This document shows positions 1-9,614 of a stretch of DNA of 64,000 nt, piece after piece; the stretch's first letter is position 1; every line of letters begins with the position of its first letter. The notes beneath the pieces are model-generated. The model was not told where the DNA came from, ran no database searches, and saw nothing but the letters and a program-made list of their open reading frames with translations. Source of the stretch: an uncultured Steroidobacteraceae bacterium (GTDB lineage Bacteria > Pseudomonadota > Gammaproteobacteria > Steroidobacterales > Steroidobacteraceae); NCBI GenBank assembly GCA_964494895.1, contig CAZBTV010000006.1, positions 12,043 through 76,042 on the forward strand. The letters are read 5' to 3'. A program made the translations under genes and the position numbers.

Positions 1-266
1 GGGTGCTCCAGACGATCGACACGCCGATATTGAAGCCGTTGCAGCTCGTGCTCGAGATCAGAGCCGCTGAGCGTGAGCCCCGCATAGAGCTCGAGCGGAG
101 CCGCGTAGACCTGGGCCGGAAGGGTCCAGCGTCGACCTTCGAACTGCTTGGTGACCAAGTGGTCGAGGTAGAGGATATAGAAAGTCGCGACCAATCCCAC
201 CCCAAGGACGAGCGCCAGGCCGCTGAGCCAGAATATGCCGCGAAATCTGGAGCCGGACCGCGCCAT
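1..266 (-). CDS. mrcB: penicillin-binding protein 1B, N-terminal fragment (continues past the left edge)
   Basis: Own translation of the minus strand from ATG 266-264: MARSGSRFRGIFWLSGLALVLGVGLVATFYILYLDHLVTKQFEGRRWTLPAQVYAAPLELYAGLTLSGSDLEHELQRLQYRRV. It has a short basic tail, one TM helix, then the FEGRRW.LPA.VYA.PLEL start typical of PBP1B. It is absent from the ORF track because there is no stop inside the window. Confidence 0.6.
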   Translation of the reverse strand, partial: MARSGSRFRGIFWLSGLALVLGVGLVATFYILYLDHLVTKQFEGRRWTLPAQVYAAPLELYAGLTLSGSDLEHELQRLQYRRVDRLEH

Positions 267-361
267 GTTTGTTCAGGGCAGCGCCCAGCTTTCCTGCGGG
301 TGGAAGCAATCGGCCAGGCGGTACAAAAATAGTGGCGCGGCGCGCCGGAAAGCAGGCTCCT

Positions 362-2944
362 TCAGAGGAACAACTCCACCGCCGGATCGCGAAGATTGTA
401 GTGGGAGCTCATCGCATGCCCATAGGCGCCGACGTTCGCGACGAGCAGAACGTCCCCCTCGGCAGTCGGCGGCAGCAGGCGGTCGTGTCCGAGCACATCA
501 GCGCTCTCGCAAATCGGACCCACTACGTTCACCACCTCCGTGGCTGGCTCTTCGGCGCGCGTGAGATTGGCGATCTCATGATATGCACCATAGAGTGCCG
601 GACGGATCAGTGAGTTCATTCCCGTGGCGACTCCCACGTAGCGGACTTCGCCTTTGGACTTCAGCTGGGTGACGCGGGTCAGGAGCACTCCGGAGGTGGC
701 GACCAGATAGCGGCCGGGCTCGATCCAGAACTCGAGCTTGGGATGCTCAGCGCGCACAGCGGTCAACAAGGTGTCGAGCTTGGCCAGATCCAGACTCATC
801 TGGTCGCAGCGCTCTGGCACACCCAATCCGCCACCGACGTCGATCACGCGAACCGAGTCGAAGTGTTGCGCAATATCGGCCAGCAATCTGGCCGTCTGTT
901 CCCACGTTGTCACATCGAAAATTCCGCTGCCGACGTGGGCCTGAAGGCCAACGACACTCACGCCGATCTCGCGTGCATGGCGCACGAACGACTTGAGATC
1001 CGTGACCGGTATGCCGAACTTGGAATAGGCACCAGCGGTCCGTACATGATGGTGATGGCCGCGGCCAACACCGGTATCGATGCGGACGAAGATCTCGCGG
1101 TGACGGAAAATGTCCGGCCACGTCGACAAGGAGTAGGTGTTATCGACGGTGACTCGCACCCCTTGCTCGAACGCCCATACATACTCACTGCGTGGAGCGA
1201 AGTTCGGTGTGAACAGGATTCGGATCGGATCGATGTCTGGGAAAAGCTCCAGGACGCGCTCGATCTCGCCACGTGAGACACACTCGAACTCGACACCTTC
1301 CGCGCGAACCGCCTGCAACACTTGCGGGTGCGGATTCGCCTTCATGGAGTAATGAACGCGCGCCACGGAAGTGAGCGCACGCAGTGCACGTGCGGAGCTG
1401 CGAACTTCGTTCAGATCGTAGACGAACGCGGCATCCCGATCGCCAAGGGCGTGAATGAGCGGCGTGCGCTTGTGCACCCACCACGGCGCGGCGCGCGCCA
1501 CGACGGCCTTCGGGTGCGAGAAGAGTTGCTCCCACGTCGGACCGAGCACGCGGTCACCCGGCACAGGACGGATCAGCAACTCGTGAAGTTGCTCCACGAG
1601 TCGATCGCCCTGGTTCTCGTCGACGACGAAGGTGAAGTTGAGATCGTTCGCCGCCTGGCTCACCAGGTAGATTTTCTGTTCCTCGAAGAATTCGAAAGCA
1701 TCGCCGAGTTGGTGGAGGATGGCACGGATGTTACGCCCGACGAGACTCACAGACGCGCAGGGTCCGATGACCTGCACGCGACAAAGTCGTGAGAGGCTGG
1801 CCACCAGCTCACTCAACAACGTGTTGTCGAGAGTGTTGGCGGCCGGATCGAGCGAGACCGTGACATTCGTCTCTGAAGTCGAGACGAGGTCCACCGACAT
1901 GCCGTGCTCTTTGAAGATCTGGAAAGCGTCGGCGAGAAAGCCCACCTGGTGCCACATGCCCGGGCTTTCCATGGAGATCAGCGTGATCCCCTTCTTCGTG
2001 CAGACCGCCTTTACTTGCGCGCCGCCGTCGCCACCCTCCGCGCTCAGGATCGTGCCTTCCAGCTCGGGAGCCTGCGTTGCGTAGACATGCAACGGAATGC
2101 GGTACTGTCGGGCCGGGAGAATGCAGCGCGGGTGCAGTACCTTTGCGCCGCTGGTTGCGATTTCCTGGGCCTCATCGTAGTGAAGCGCGCGGAGCAGGCG
2201 GGCGGTCGGGGTCGAACGAGGATTGGCGCTGAACATACCAGGTACGTCAGTCCAGATCTCCAGACGCTGCGCCCGTATTTTCGCCGCCAGATACGCAGCC
2301 GATGTATCGGAGCCACCGCGGCCGAGGAGCACGGTGTTGCCATCGTCATCGCTAGCGATGAAGCCCTGTGTGATCACGATGGGAGCAAGTGCGTCCAAGC
2401 GCTCCTCGAGTGCCTCGTCCGGCGCAAAGTTGCATGTTGCGGATAGGACGCTCGCCTTGGCGCTCGCACTCCGACGCTCCTCCGCGCGCAGCATGGTGCG
2501 CGCATCGGCCCAGGCGACATTGAGTCCCTGGGTCCGGAGAAAGCGCGCACCGAGCTCGGTGGCCATGAGCTCGCCGGTTGCCATCACACGCGCCCGCGTA
2601 CGATCGCTCACCTCTCCGACGAGAGCGACTCCAGCGGCAATTTGCCGTAGCTCCTGCAGGTGCTTCTCGACGTCGCCTACAGAAATTCCAAGCTCCGTCG
2701 CCAGCCGATGATGGCGCTCCTCGATGGAACGTAGCTCCTCGTCATGAGATCGCACGAGCGCGGAATCCAGCAGTCGCTCGAGGCGGTCGGTAATGCCCGA
2801 AATCGCGGAGTGCACAATCAGCACCCGTGCTCCACCAGCGGCCCGGTCGGCCGTCACCTTGGCAATATTGCGCCAGTTCGCGAGCGAGGAAACGCTCGTT
2901 CCGCCGAACTTCAGGACGACCCAGGCAGAGGAGTTGCGCGTCAC
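362..2944 (-). CDS. lysC/lysA: bifunctional aspartate kinase / diaminopimelate decarboxylase (LysC-LysA fusion)
   Basis: 860-aa ORF with a GTG start. The N-terminal half has the aspartokinase signature VVLKFGGTSV plus ACT-like repeats. The C-terminal half is a PLP-dependent DAP decarboxylase fold (YSMKANPHP..., GGGLGVP, EPGRYLVA). The fusion architecture is known in Xanthomonadales-like genomes. Confidence 0.9.
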   Translation of the reverse strand: MTRNSSAWVVLKFGGTSVSSLANWRNIAKVTADRAAGGARVLIVHSAISGITDRLERLLDSALVRSHDEELRSIEERHHRLATELGISVGDVEKHLQELRQIAAGVALVGEVSDRTRARVMATGELMATELGARFLRTQGLNVAWADARTMLRAEERRSASAKASVLSATCNFAPDEALEERLDALAPIVITQGFIASDDDGNTVLLGRGGSDTSAAYLAAKIRAQRLEIWTDVPGMFSANPRSTPTARLLRALHYDEAQEIATSGAKVLHPRCILPARQYRIPLHVYATQAPELEGTILSAEGGDGGAQVKAVCTKKGITLISMESPGMWHQVGFLADAFQIFKEHGMSVDLVSTSETNVTVSLDPAANTLDNTLLSELVASLSRLCRVQVIGPCASVSLVGRNIRAILHQLGDAFEFFEEQKIYLVSQAANDLNFTFVVDENQGDRLVEQLHELLIRPVPGDRVLGPTWEQLFSHPKAVVARAAPWWVHKRTPLIHALGDRDAAFVYDLNEVRSSARALRALTSVARVHYSMKANPHPQVLQAVRAEGVEFECVSRGEIERVLELFPDIDPIRILFTPNFAPRSEYVWAFEQGVRVTVDNTYSLSTWPDIFRHREIFVRIDTGVGRGHHHHVRTAGAYSKFGIPVTDLKSFVRHAREIGVSVVGLQAHVGSGIFDVTTWEQTARLLADIAQHFDSVRVIDVGGGLGVPERCDQMSLDLAKLDTLLTAVRAEHPKLEFWIEPGRYLVATSGVLLTRVTQLKSKGEVRYVGVATGMNSLIRPALYGAYHEIANLTRAEEPATEVVNVVGPICESADVLGHDRLLPPTAEGDVLLVANVGAYGHAMSSHYNLRDPAVELFL

Positions 2945-3168
2945 TTCAGGATTTCCTTTAAAATTGGTGCTCAGGTATATGATTTCAGCTTACGTCTCAC
3001 GCCTCTCTGATGGGGGCGGAGCCGATGACGGCACTGCTCTGCTTCAGATGTGCAACATCAGACGCGCGCAGCCTGCCAGAGCCCCCTTGAGGCTCATATG
3101 ACGAACGGGTGCGCGGGTCAGCTCATGGAATGAGTTTTCGCCGCCCCTCTTTCAGGCAATAGGCGGCA
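2945..3168 (-). promoter_or_regulatory. structured 5' leader of lysC-lysA (unclassified riboswitch/attenuator candidate)
   Basis: 224-nt gap. On the minus-strand RNA, GGGGCGG (3147-3141) can pair with CCGCCCC (3019-3013), enclosing about 120 nt. That interval contains the hairpins CTCAT/ATGAG, GAGCC/GGCTC and GATG/CATC. The overlapping segment GGCGGC (3145-3140) can instead pair with the upstream GCCGCC (3167-3162). Confidence 0.3.
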
Positions 3169-3384
3169 TCAGAGCTCTTCGTCGAAGTCGCGCAGGGCCT
3201 TTTCGAGCTTTTTATCCGCGAGCACTTCCTCGAGCTTGCTCCACGCGGCTTTGCCGCGCTTGCCCTGGTTGCGTACGCGCTTATCTACCCGATCCAGCAG
3301 GCGGTCATAATCGGTGCCGTCTTCGGTGGGTCCGCTCAAAAATTCATCGTCGAGATCGAAGCTCTCGTTGTCTCGTTCCGACAT
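3169..3384 (-). CDS. small acidic/basic hypothetical protein (71 aa)
   Basis: Intact ORF MSERDNESFDLDDEFL...KRVRNQGKRGKAAWSKLEEVLADKKLEKALRDFDEEL. It is highly charged with no TM segment. The RBS is weak and I recognise no family. Confidence 0.45.
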   Translation of the reverse strand: MSERDNESFDLDDEFLSGPTEDGTDYDRLLDRVDKRVRNQGKRGKAAWSKLEEVLADKKLEKALRDFDEEL

Positions 3385-3527
3385 CTAGCGGTGCAAATCC
3401 TGAAGTAATTCAACGACTCGCATACCGATCGGGTATGCGGCAAGGCTGCGAACTATAGCGGATTCACGCCAACGATCAACCCTTACCTTACGGGCGGCCT
3501 CGATTCAAGCCTGGCAGGAATGCCAAG

Positions 3528-4352
3528 TCAGGTCTGATCAGTCCGGTCGCGCACCACCACGGGAGCCCCGCGACTCAAGCCAAGTCCCTCGGCGGCACTC
3601 TGCTCGGCACGCGCGATCTCCACCACCCCGAAGGAATTGATGAGCGCGAGGTACTCCCCGGGACGAACGTCGCCGTAGGTGCGCAGTAGCGGGAAGGAGT
3701 GATTCCCAGCGTGCACCAGTGGCAGACGGAAGCGGTCGACGAGGGTCGCGTCGATGTTGCTGATGAGATTTCCAAAGTTATCGATGGTGATGACGACGCC
3801 CGCCACACTCGAGGGCTCAACGCTGGGTTCATCGACCCACGCTGGGACCAGCGCCGACGTCGGCACGCTCTCCCCCAGGCTCTCCGGGACGCACCGGCCG
3901 GCGGCCAACTCCGCGGCGATAGGAGCAAAAATATCCCGACCGTGAAAGGTCGCGCTCGGCCGGCTGATCCCCAATCGCGTCAGCTGCGAAGCGTTGAACC
4001 TGATGGCTTTCGCATCCCGGTGTCGACCGACGACAGGCGCCAGCAGTCCGTTGTCAGGCGCCAGGAACACATGGCCTTGCGCGGTCACGGCGATGATGTC
4101 TCTCGAAGTACCGACGCCCGGATCCACCACCGCTACGTGTACCGTACCGGCCGGGAAATACTCGAACGAGCGCGCCAGCCAGAAGCCGGCTTCGGCGGGC
4201 CAATGGACGACAATCTCATGCGTGAGGTCGACCATCCTGGCTTCGGGGAAGCGGGTGAGAATGCGCCCTTTCATCACGCCGACGAAGGGGCCCTGATGGC
4301 CGAAGTCGGTGATCAGGGTGATGACGCCGGAAGGCTTGCTGACGAACGTCAT
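3528..4352 (-). CDS. SAM hydroxide adenosyltransferase family protein (DUF62, chlorinase/fluorinase-like fold)
   Basis: From the internal ATG at 4352: MTFVSKPSGVITLITDFGHQGPFVGVMKG...DPGVGT...APDNGLL...IDNFGNLISNI, which are family hallmarks. The 78 upstream codons of the track ORF are Arg-rich and unlikely to be coding. Confidence 0.8.
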   Translation of the reverse strand: MTFVSKPSGVITLITDFGHQGPFVGVMKGRILTRFPEARMVDLTHEIVVHWPAEAGFWLARSFEYFPAGTVHVAVVDPGVGTSRDIIAVTAQGHVFLAPDNGLLAPVVGRHRDAKAIRFNASQLTRLGISRPSATFHGRDIFAPIAAELAAGRCVPESLGESVPTSALVPAWVDEPSVEPSSVAGVVITIDNFGNLISNIDATLVDRFRLPLVHAGNHSFPLLRTYGDVRPGEYLALINSFGVVEIARAEQSAAEGLGLSRGAPVVVRDRTDQT

Positions 4353-4491
4353 TGGGTCTGTAGCTCTTGGCTGGGAAGAATAGCGCATTACCAGCAGCCG
4401 CGGGGACGCATCAGCCGCGCCTGCCCGGAGCGGCTGGTTGGAACAATTTTTGCTTCGCCTGATCCGATTCACAACACTCAAGAAGGACGCT

Positions 4492-5730
4492 ATGGGTCTG
4501 GCGCGCGATACGGTCGCTCTGGTTCTCGCCGGCGGCAACGGGACCCGATTGGGAGAGTTGACACGCTGGCAATGCAAGCCGGCCATTCCCTTCGCCGGTC
4601 ACTTCCGCAATATCGACTTCACCCTCTCCAATTGTGTCAATTCCGGCGTACGGCGCATCGCCGTGCTGACCCAATACAAGGCTCAAACTCTCATCAATCA
4701 CCTCGGCGCCTGTTGGAGTTTCCTCGCCCGGCCGCTGGGTGAGTTCGTCGAGGTGTGGCCCGCGCAACAACGACTGCACACGTCGTGGTACGTGGGTACC
4801 GCGGATGCCGTTCACCAGAACCTGGATCTGCTACGGGCACAGAGTAGCCGTTACACGTTGGTGCTGGCGGGTGATCATGTTTACAAAATGGACTACCGCT
4901 TGTTGCTCGAGCAGCATGCTAGCAGCAGCGCGGATGTGACTGTCGCCTGCGTGCCGGTGCCCGTCGAGGAGTCGGCCTCCTACGGAGTCCTGGGGGTCGA
5001 TGATCGCAAGCGAGTATGCAGCTTCATCGAAAAGCCGCAGCCCGCGAGTCTCGGCGCGGGTGGTCAACGCACGATCCTGGCATCTATGGGTGTCTACGTC
5101 TTCAACACCGATTATCTCGAACGGCAGTTGCGTCAGGATGCGGTCGATGAGAGCTCGACGCACGACTTTGGGCGCGACATTCTTCCCAGGGCCGTCAAGG
5201 GGGATCATGTTTCGGCCTTTGAGTTTGTCGATGACGCCGGACGGCCTCGCTACTGGCGCGACGTCGGTACCCTGGATGCCTACTGGCACGCTCACATGGA
5301 GCTGCTTTCGCCCGAGCCTCCGCTCGAGTTGTACGATCAGTCCTGGCCGATCATTACGCTGGCGCAGCAGTTGCCACCGGCGAAGCTGCTTTATGCCTCC
5401 GGCCGGCACGGGTTTGTTGCAAACTCGTTACTGGCCGCCGGGGTGGTGGTCCGAGGCGCGACTGTGACCAACAGTGTGCTTTCGGGGAGTGTGCGTGTGG
5501 ATGAGGGATCGTTGCTCGATGAGGCGGTGGTGTTGCCGGGCGCGCGCATCGGGACCAACTGTAAGTTGCGGCGCGTCATCGTAGACGCGGACCTTGAGAT
5601 CCCGGATGGGACTTCGGTGGGATGGCAGCCCGCCTCGCCAGTCGAGTCGGTCCGGACGGGCGGGCGGGTGACATTGCTTTCAACCAACTGGGCGCCGCTC
5701 GTGGCGGACGAGGTTCGCTCGGTCGCTTGA
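4492..5730 (+). CDS. glgC: glucose-1-phosphate adenylyltransferase
   Basis: ATG at 4492. VALVLAGGNGTRLGELTRWQCKPAIPFAG.FRNIDFTLSNCVNSG...GTADAV, plus the C-terminal left-handed beta-helix region. Confidence 0.9.
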   Translation: MGLARDTVALVLAGGNGTRLGELTRWQCKPAIPFAGHFRNIDFTLSNCVNSGVRRIAVLTQYKAQTLINHLGACWSFLARPLGEFVEVWPAQQRLHTSWYVGTADAVHQNLDLLRAQSSRYTLVLAGDHVYKMDYRLLLEQHASSSADVTVACVPVPVEESASYGVLGVDDRKRVCSFIEKPQPASLGAGGQRTILASMGVYVFNTDYLERQLRQDAVDESSTHDFGRDILPRAVKGDHVSAFEFVDDAGRPRYWRDVGTLDAYWHAHMELLSPEPPLELYDQSWPIITLAQQLPPAKLLYASGRHGFVANSLLAAGVVVRGATVTNSVLSGSVRVDEGSLLDEAVVLPGARIGTNCKLRRVIVDADLEIPDGTSVGWQPASPVESVRTGGRVTLLSTNWAPLVADEVRSVA

Positions 5731-5749
5731 CCTCCTCCGCCCGAACACT

Positions 5750-6880
5750 TCAGCTGGCCTTGAGCTTGATGCGGCGGTCCTCGATCGCGCCCTGGAGCTT
5801 GTCGAAAGGCTCGATGAATTTCTTGACACCCTCGCGCTCGAGCTGGTCGGCGACGGCGATCATATTGATGCCGAGAGCTTGCAGGCGGGCGAAGATCTCA
5901 GCGGCGCCGGGGATCTGAGACTGGAGGCGCGGCTCCGGTTTGCCCATGGTGCGGTACGCCTGAATGGTCTCGCGGGGCATGGTGTTAACCGTGTCCGGGG
6001 CGATGATCTCATCGACGTATTTCACCGGGCTGTAGGTAGGGTCTTTTGTCGAGGTCGAGGCCCAGAGCAGCCGCTGCGGGCTGGCACCGCGGCTGGCAAG
6101 AGTCTTCCAGCGGGATGAGGCGGTGAGCTCTTCATAGATCGCATACGCGCGGCAGGCGCTCGCGACGGCCGAAGTGCCGCGGAGTTTTTTCGCGTCGGCG
6201 TTCCCCTTGGTTGCCAGGTCGTCGAGCTGCTTGTCGACGAGGCTATCGATACGGCTCAGGAAGAAGCTCGCCACGGAGGCGACCTTGTCGATCGATTTGC
6301 CGGCCGCCAGGCGCGCTTCGAGCCCGTCGAAATAGGCGTTCGCTACGGCTCGATAGCGCTCAGGTGAGAACAGCAGGGTAACGTTCACATTGATCCCGGC
6401 GGCGATGCTGTCCCGGATTGCCGGAATGCCGGCTTCGGTGCCGGGGATTTTGATCATGGCATTCGGCCGCTCGAGGCGCGCCCAGAGTCGCCTGGCCTCG
6501 GCGATCGTGCCGGCGGTGTCGTAAGCGAGATGCGGAGACACTTCCATGCTGACGTAACCGTCAGCCCCGGAAGTGCTGTCGTAGAGCTTGCGGAACAGGT
6601 CGGCCGCGCGGCGCAGGTCCTCTATTGTGAGTGTCTCGTAGAGGGCGAGGTTCGAGGACTCCTTCGGAAGGAGCTCCGCGATGGCCTTCTGATACTGCGG
6701 GTCCTTGGTAATGGAGGCCGCAAAGATAGCCGGGTTGGAGGTGACACCGGCGATGCCATCCACTTCGATCAGCCGTGCCAGGCTGCCGTCATCGAGCATG
6801 GCTCGCCCGATATCGTCTTGCCATACGCTCTGGCCCAGCTTGCGGAGCGCCAGGAGCGGATTATCAGCGGTAGCGTTCAT
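5750..6880 (-). CDS. tal: transaldolase (long form)
   Basis: 376 aa. LGQSVWQDDIGRAML...GVTSNPAIF...MIKIPGT. Convergent with glgC. Confidence 0.85.
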   Translation of the reverse strand: MNATADNPLLALRKLGQSVWQDDIGRAMLDDGSLARLIEVDGIAGVTSNPAIFAASITKDPQYQKAIAELLPKESSNLALYETLTIEDLRRAADLFRKLYDSTSGADGYVSMEVSPHLAYDTAGTIAEARRLWARLERPNAMIKIPGTEAGIPAIRDSIAAGINVNVTLLFSPERYRAVANAYFDGLEARLAAGKSIDKVASVASFFLSRIDSLVDKQLDDLATKGNADAKKLRGTSAVASACRAYAIYEELTASSRWKTLASRGASPQRLLWASTSTKDPTYSPVKYVDEIIAPDTVNTMPRETIQAYRTMGKPEPRLQSQIPGAAEIFARLQALGINMIAVADQLEREGVKKFIEPFDKLQGAIEDRRIKLKAS

Positions 6881-6936
6881 TCACAGTCCTTACGCGCTCT
6901 GACGCGCGTCCATCAGGGATTGAGGCTTTCATCCAA

Positions 6937-7098
6937 GGAGCCTGGCTGACCCATGATCGCCGTAGCGAGGGCGACCCCCAGCGAGCAGATTTCGGCGATC
7001 GCTTCCCGCGCATAGTCGAAGCTATGTAAGGGAAGCGATCGCCGAAAGATGCCGCTGGGGGGCGGCCGCAGTAGGCGATCATGGGTCAGCCAGGCTCC
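6937..7098. repeat. 162-nt nested imperfect palindrome (MITE/REP-like long hairpin)
   Basis: The outer arms are perfect over 25 bp: GGAGCCTGGCTGACCCATGATCGCC (6937-6961) and its reverse complement (7074-7098). The inner arms are 18 bp (6990-7007 / 7030-7047), each carrying GCGATCGC. An apical 5-bp stem CATAG/CTATG sits at 7011-7015 / 7022-7026. The middle segments are partly complementary (shared CCCCCAGCG). Confidence 0.85.
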
Positions 7099-9479
7099 CT
7101 ATCCTGCCATACCCAGTCGCGAACTTCCGGCATGTCCTCGCCGCGCCGGGTGATGTAGTGGGCGTGCTCCGTGAGCTTATCCCTCATGTGCTGTCGCAGG
7201 TGGGCAGCCCGGTAACCGAGCTTCGGCACGCGGTCGATCACGTCCATGACCAGGTGGAACCGATCCAGATCGTTGCGTACCACCATGTCGAAAGGAGTGG
7301 TCGTCGTTCCCTCCTCCTTATAGCCGCGAACGTGCAGGTTGTCATGGTTGCGGCGGCGGTACGTCAGCCGGTGGATCAGCCACGGATAGCCATGAAACGC
7401 GAACAGGACCGGCTTGTCGGTCGTAAAGAGAGCGTCGAACTCGCGCGCCTTCAGGCCATGGGGATGTTCCTCCTCAGGCTGCAGGGTCATCAGGTCGACG
7501 ACGTTCACGACCCGGATCTTCAGCTCCGGCAGGTGATGACGCAGGATGCTGACGGCGGCCAGGGTTTCCATGGTCGGAACGTCACCAGCACAAGCCATGA
7601 CCACATCCGGGTCGCCATCGGTGTCGTTGCTTGCGAACTCGAAAATGCCGATCCCGGCAGCGCAATGTTTGATCGCGCCGTCGAGATCGAGCCACTGCAG
7701 CTCGGGCTGTTTACCCGCGACGATCACGTTCACGGCGTTGCGGCTACACAGGCATTGCTGGGCAACACACAACAGCGTGTTTGCATCCGGCGGAAGATAG
7801 ACGCGCACTACGCTCGACTTCTTGTTGGCCACGACGTCGATGAAGCCGGGGTCCTGGTGCGAGAAGCCGTTGTGGTCCTGGCGCCAGACGTGCGAGCTGA
7901 GCAGGTAGTTGAGCGAGGCGATGGCCCGGCGCCACGGAATATGCTGCGTAGCCTCCAGCCACTTGGCGTGCTGGTTGAACATGGAGTCGATGATGTGGAT
8001 GAAAGCTTCGTAACACGCGAACACACCGTGCCGGCCGGTGAGCAGATATCCTTCCAGCCAACCCTCGCACTGATGCTCGGAGAGCACTTCCATGACGCGG
8101 CCGTCGGGCCGCAGGTTCGAGTCGCCCGGAACGATCTGCCCGAGCCAGGTGCGCTGGGTGGCTTCGAACACCGCATCCAGGCGATTCGAGCTGGTCTCGT
8201 CCGGGCCGAACAGGCGGAAGTTATGCAGCTGGAAGTTGGTCTTGAAGATGTCGCGCAGCCACTGCCCGAGCACGCGGGTCGACTCCGCCATTTTTTCGCC
8301 GGGCCTCGGGACGCTCACGGCGTACTCGGCAATGGGGGGCAGTGTCAGGTCACGCAGCAGCAACCCGCCGTTGGTATGCGGATTCGAGCCCATACGGCGC
8401 GTGCCCTTGGGCACCAGCTCCAGTATCTGCGAGCGGGGTGCGCCCTCGGCGTCGAAAAGCTCCGCCGGGCGGTAGCTGCGCAACCACTCCTCGAGCATGC
8501 GCAGGTGCGCAGGATTCGTGGCCAATCCCGCCAGGGGTACCTGGTGCGCACGCCAGGTACCCTCGATCTGCGTGCCGTCGACGACGCGAGGGCCGGTCCA
8601 TCCCTTGGGAGACTGCAAAACGATCATGGGCCATCGAGGGCGGAAGATCTTCTCCGAGTCGCGCGCTCGCTGCTTGATGGCAGCGATGTCATCGAGCACC
8701 CGATCAAGCGTCGCCGCCATCTGTTGATGCATCTTCGAGGGGTCGTCGCCCGACACGAAGTGAGGCTGCCAGCCATACCCGACCAGGAGACTCTCGAGCT
8801 CCGCACGGGGAATGCGGGCCAGAATCGTGGGGTTGGCAATCTTGTAGCCGTTGAGGTGCAGGATGGGCAGCACCGTGCCATCGCTGACCGGGTTCAGGAA
8901 CTTGTTCGAGTGCCACGATGTTGCCAGCGGCCCAGTCTCCGCTTCTCCATCGCCAATGACACACGCCACGATGAGGTCCGGATTGTCGAAGGCGGCACCA
9001 AAAGCATGTGACAGCGAATAGCCGAGCTCTCCACCCTCGTTGATCGAGCCCGGGACGTCAGGTGCGCAGTGGCTGGGAATGCCGCCGGGAAAGGAGAACT
9101 GCTTGAAGAGGCGCTGCATGCCGCTCCCGTTTCGCGGTACCGCTGGATAGAGCTCGCTGTAGCTACCTTCCAGCCAGGTATTGGCCACCAGCGATGGACC
9201 TCCATGACCGGGCCCGATGACCAGGATCATGTTGAGGTCGCGAGCGATGATCACCCGGTTCAAGTGCGCATAGACGAAGTTCAGCCCGGGCGTGGTGCCC
9301 CAATGTCCCAGGAGGCGTGGCTTCACATGCTCGAGCGTGAGGGGCTCGGTGAGGAGTGGATTGTCGAGCAGGTAGATCTGGCCCACACCGAGATAATTGG
9401 CCGCACGCCACCAGGCGTGCACACGCTGCAGCTCCACATTGGTCAGGGGTCCCTCGATCGGTTTCAGCTCGGCAGACAT
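7086..9479 (-). CDS. xfp: xylulose-5-phosphate/fructose-6-phosphate phosphoketolase
   Basis: From ATG 9479: [43 protein letters not shown]...[11 protein letters not shown]...GPGHGGP...EGGELGYSL. 797 aa, a typical length. The upstream 202 codons of the 999-aa track ORF are not homologous to anything I recognise. Confidence 0.92.
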   Translation of the reverse strand: MSAELKPIEGPLTNVELQRVHAWWRAANYLGVGQIYLLDNPLLTEPLTLEHVKPRLLGHWGTTPGLNFVYAHLNRVIIARDLNMILVIGPGHGGPSLVANTWLEGSYSELYPAVPRNGSGMQRLFKQFSFPGGIPSHCAPDVPGSINEGGELGYSLSHAFGAAFDNPDLIVACVIGDGEAETGPLATSWHSNKFLNPVSDGTVLPILHLNGYKIANPTILARIPRAELESLLVGYGWQPHFVSGDDPSKMHQQMAATLDRVLDDIAAIKQRARDSEKIFRPRWPMIVLQSPKGWTGPRVVDGTQIEGTWRAHQVPLAGLATNPAHLRMLEEWLRSYRPAELFDAEGAPRSQILELVPKGTRRMGSNPHTNGGLLLRDLTLPPIAEYAVSVPRPGEKMAESTRVLGQWLRDIFKTNFQLHNFRLFGPDETSSNRLDAVFEATQRTWLGQIVPGDSNLRPDGRVMEVLSEHQCEGWLEGYLLTGRHGVFACYEAFIHIIDSMFNQHAKWLEATQHIPWRRAIASLNYLLSSHVWRQDHNGFSHQDPGFIDVVANKKSSVVRVYLPPDANTLLCVAQQCLCSRNAVNVIVAGKQPELQWLDLDGAIKHCAAGIGIFEFASNDTDGDPDVVMACAGDVPTMETLAAVSILRHHLPELKIRVVNVVDLMTLQPEEEHPHGLKAREFDALFTTDKPVLFAFHGYPWLIHRLTYRRRNHDNLHVRGYKEEGTTTTPFDMVVRNDLDRFHLVMDVIDRVPKLGYRAAHLRQHMRDKLTEHAHYITRRGEDMPEVRDWVWQDREPG

Positions 9480-9614
9480 GGCGGTCCTTGATATAAACGG
9501 CTGCAGGGTGGGAACCCTTACGTAGCAGGAACCATTCCGATACGACTCCTCGCTGAAACAGGCTACTCTGCTGTGTCCGCAGCGGGTCTTGTACGGAACT
9601 ATTGCGACAACCTT

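Noticed and set aside
2945-3168. Calling the lysC-lysA leader a lysine (L-box) riboswitch.
   Set aside because: Only the AGAGG.GCG..GAA-like 5' element resembles what I remember. Other core motifs (GCCGAAG, CUGUCA-type) are not evident and the element seems too short. I kept it only as an unclassified structured leader.
7158-9011. Very long ORFs antisense to well-supported genes. Examples: 7158..9011 (+) 617 aa, 45299..46681 (-) 460 aa, 3699..4742 (+) 347 aa, 29990..31024 (-) 344 aa, 37300..38376 (+) 358 aa, 12529..13326 (+), 46814..47623 (-), 20682..22069 (+).
   Set aside because: Each lies opposite a gene with clear family motifs. Their translations are Arg/Gly/Pro/His-rich with no recognisable motifs. 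This is the expected stop-codon-poor antisense artefact of GC-rich DNA.
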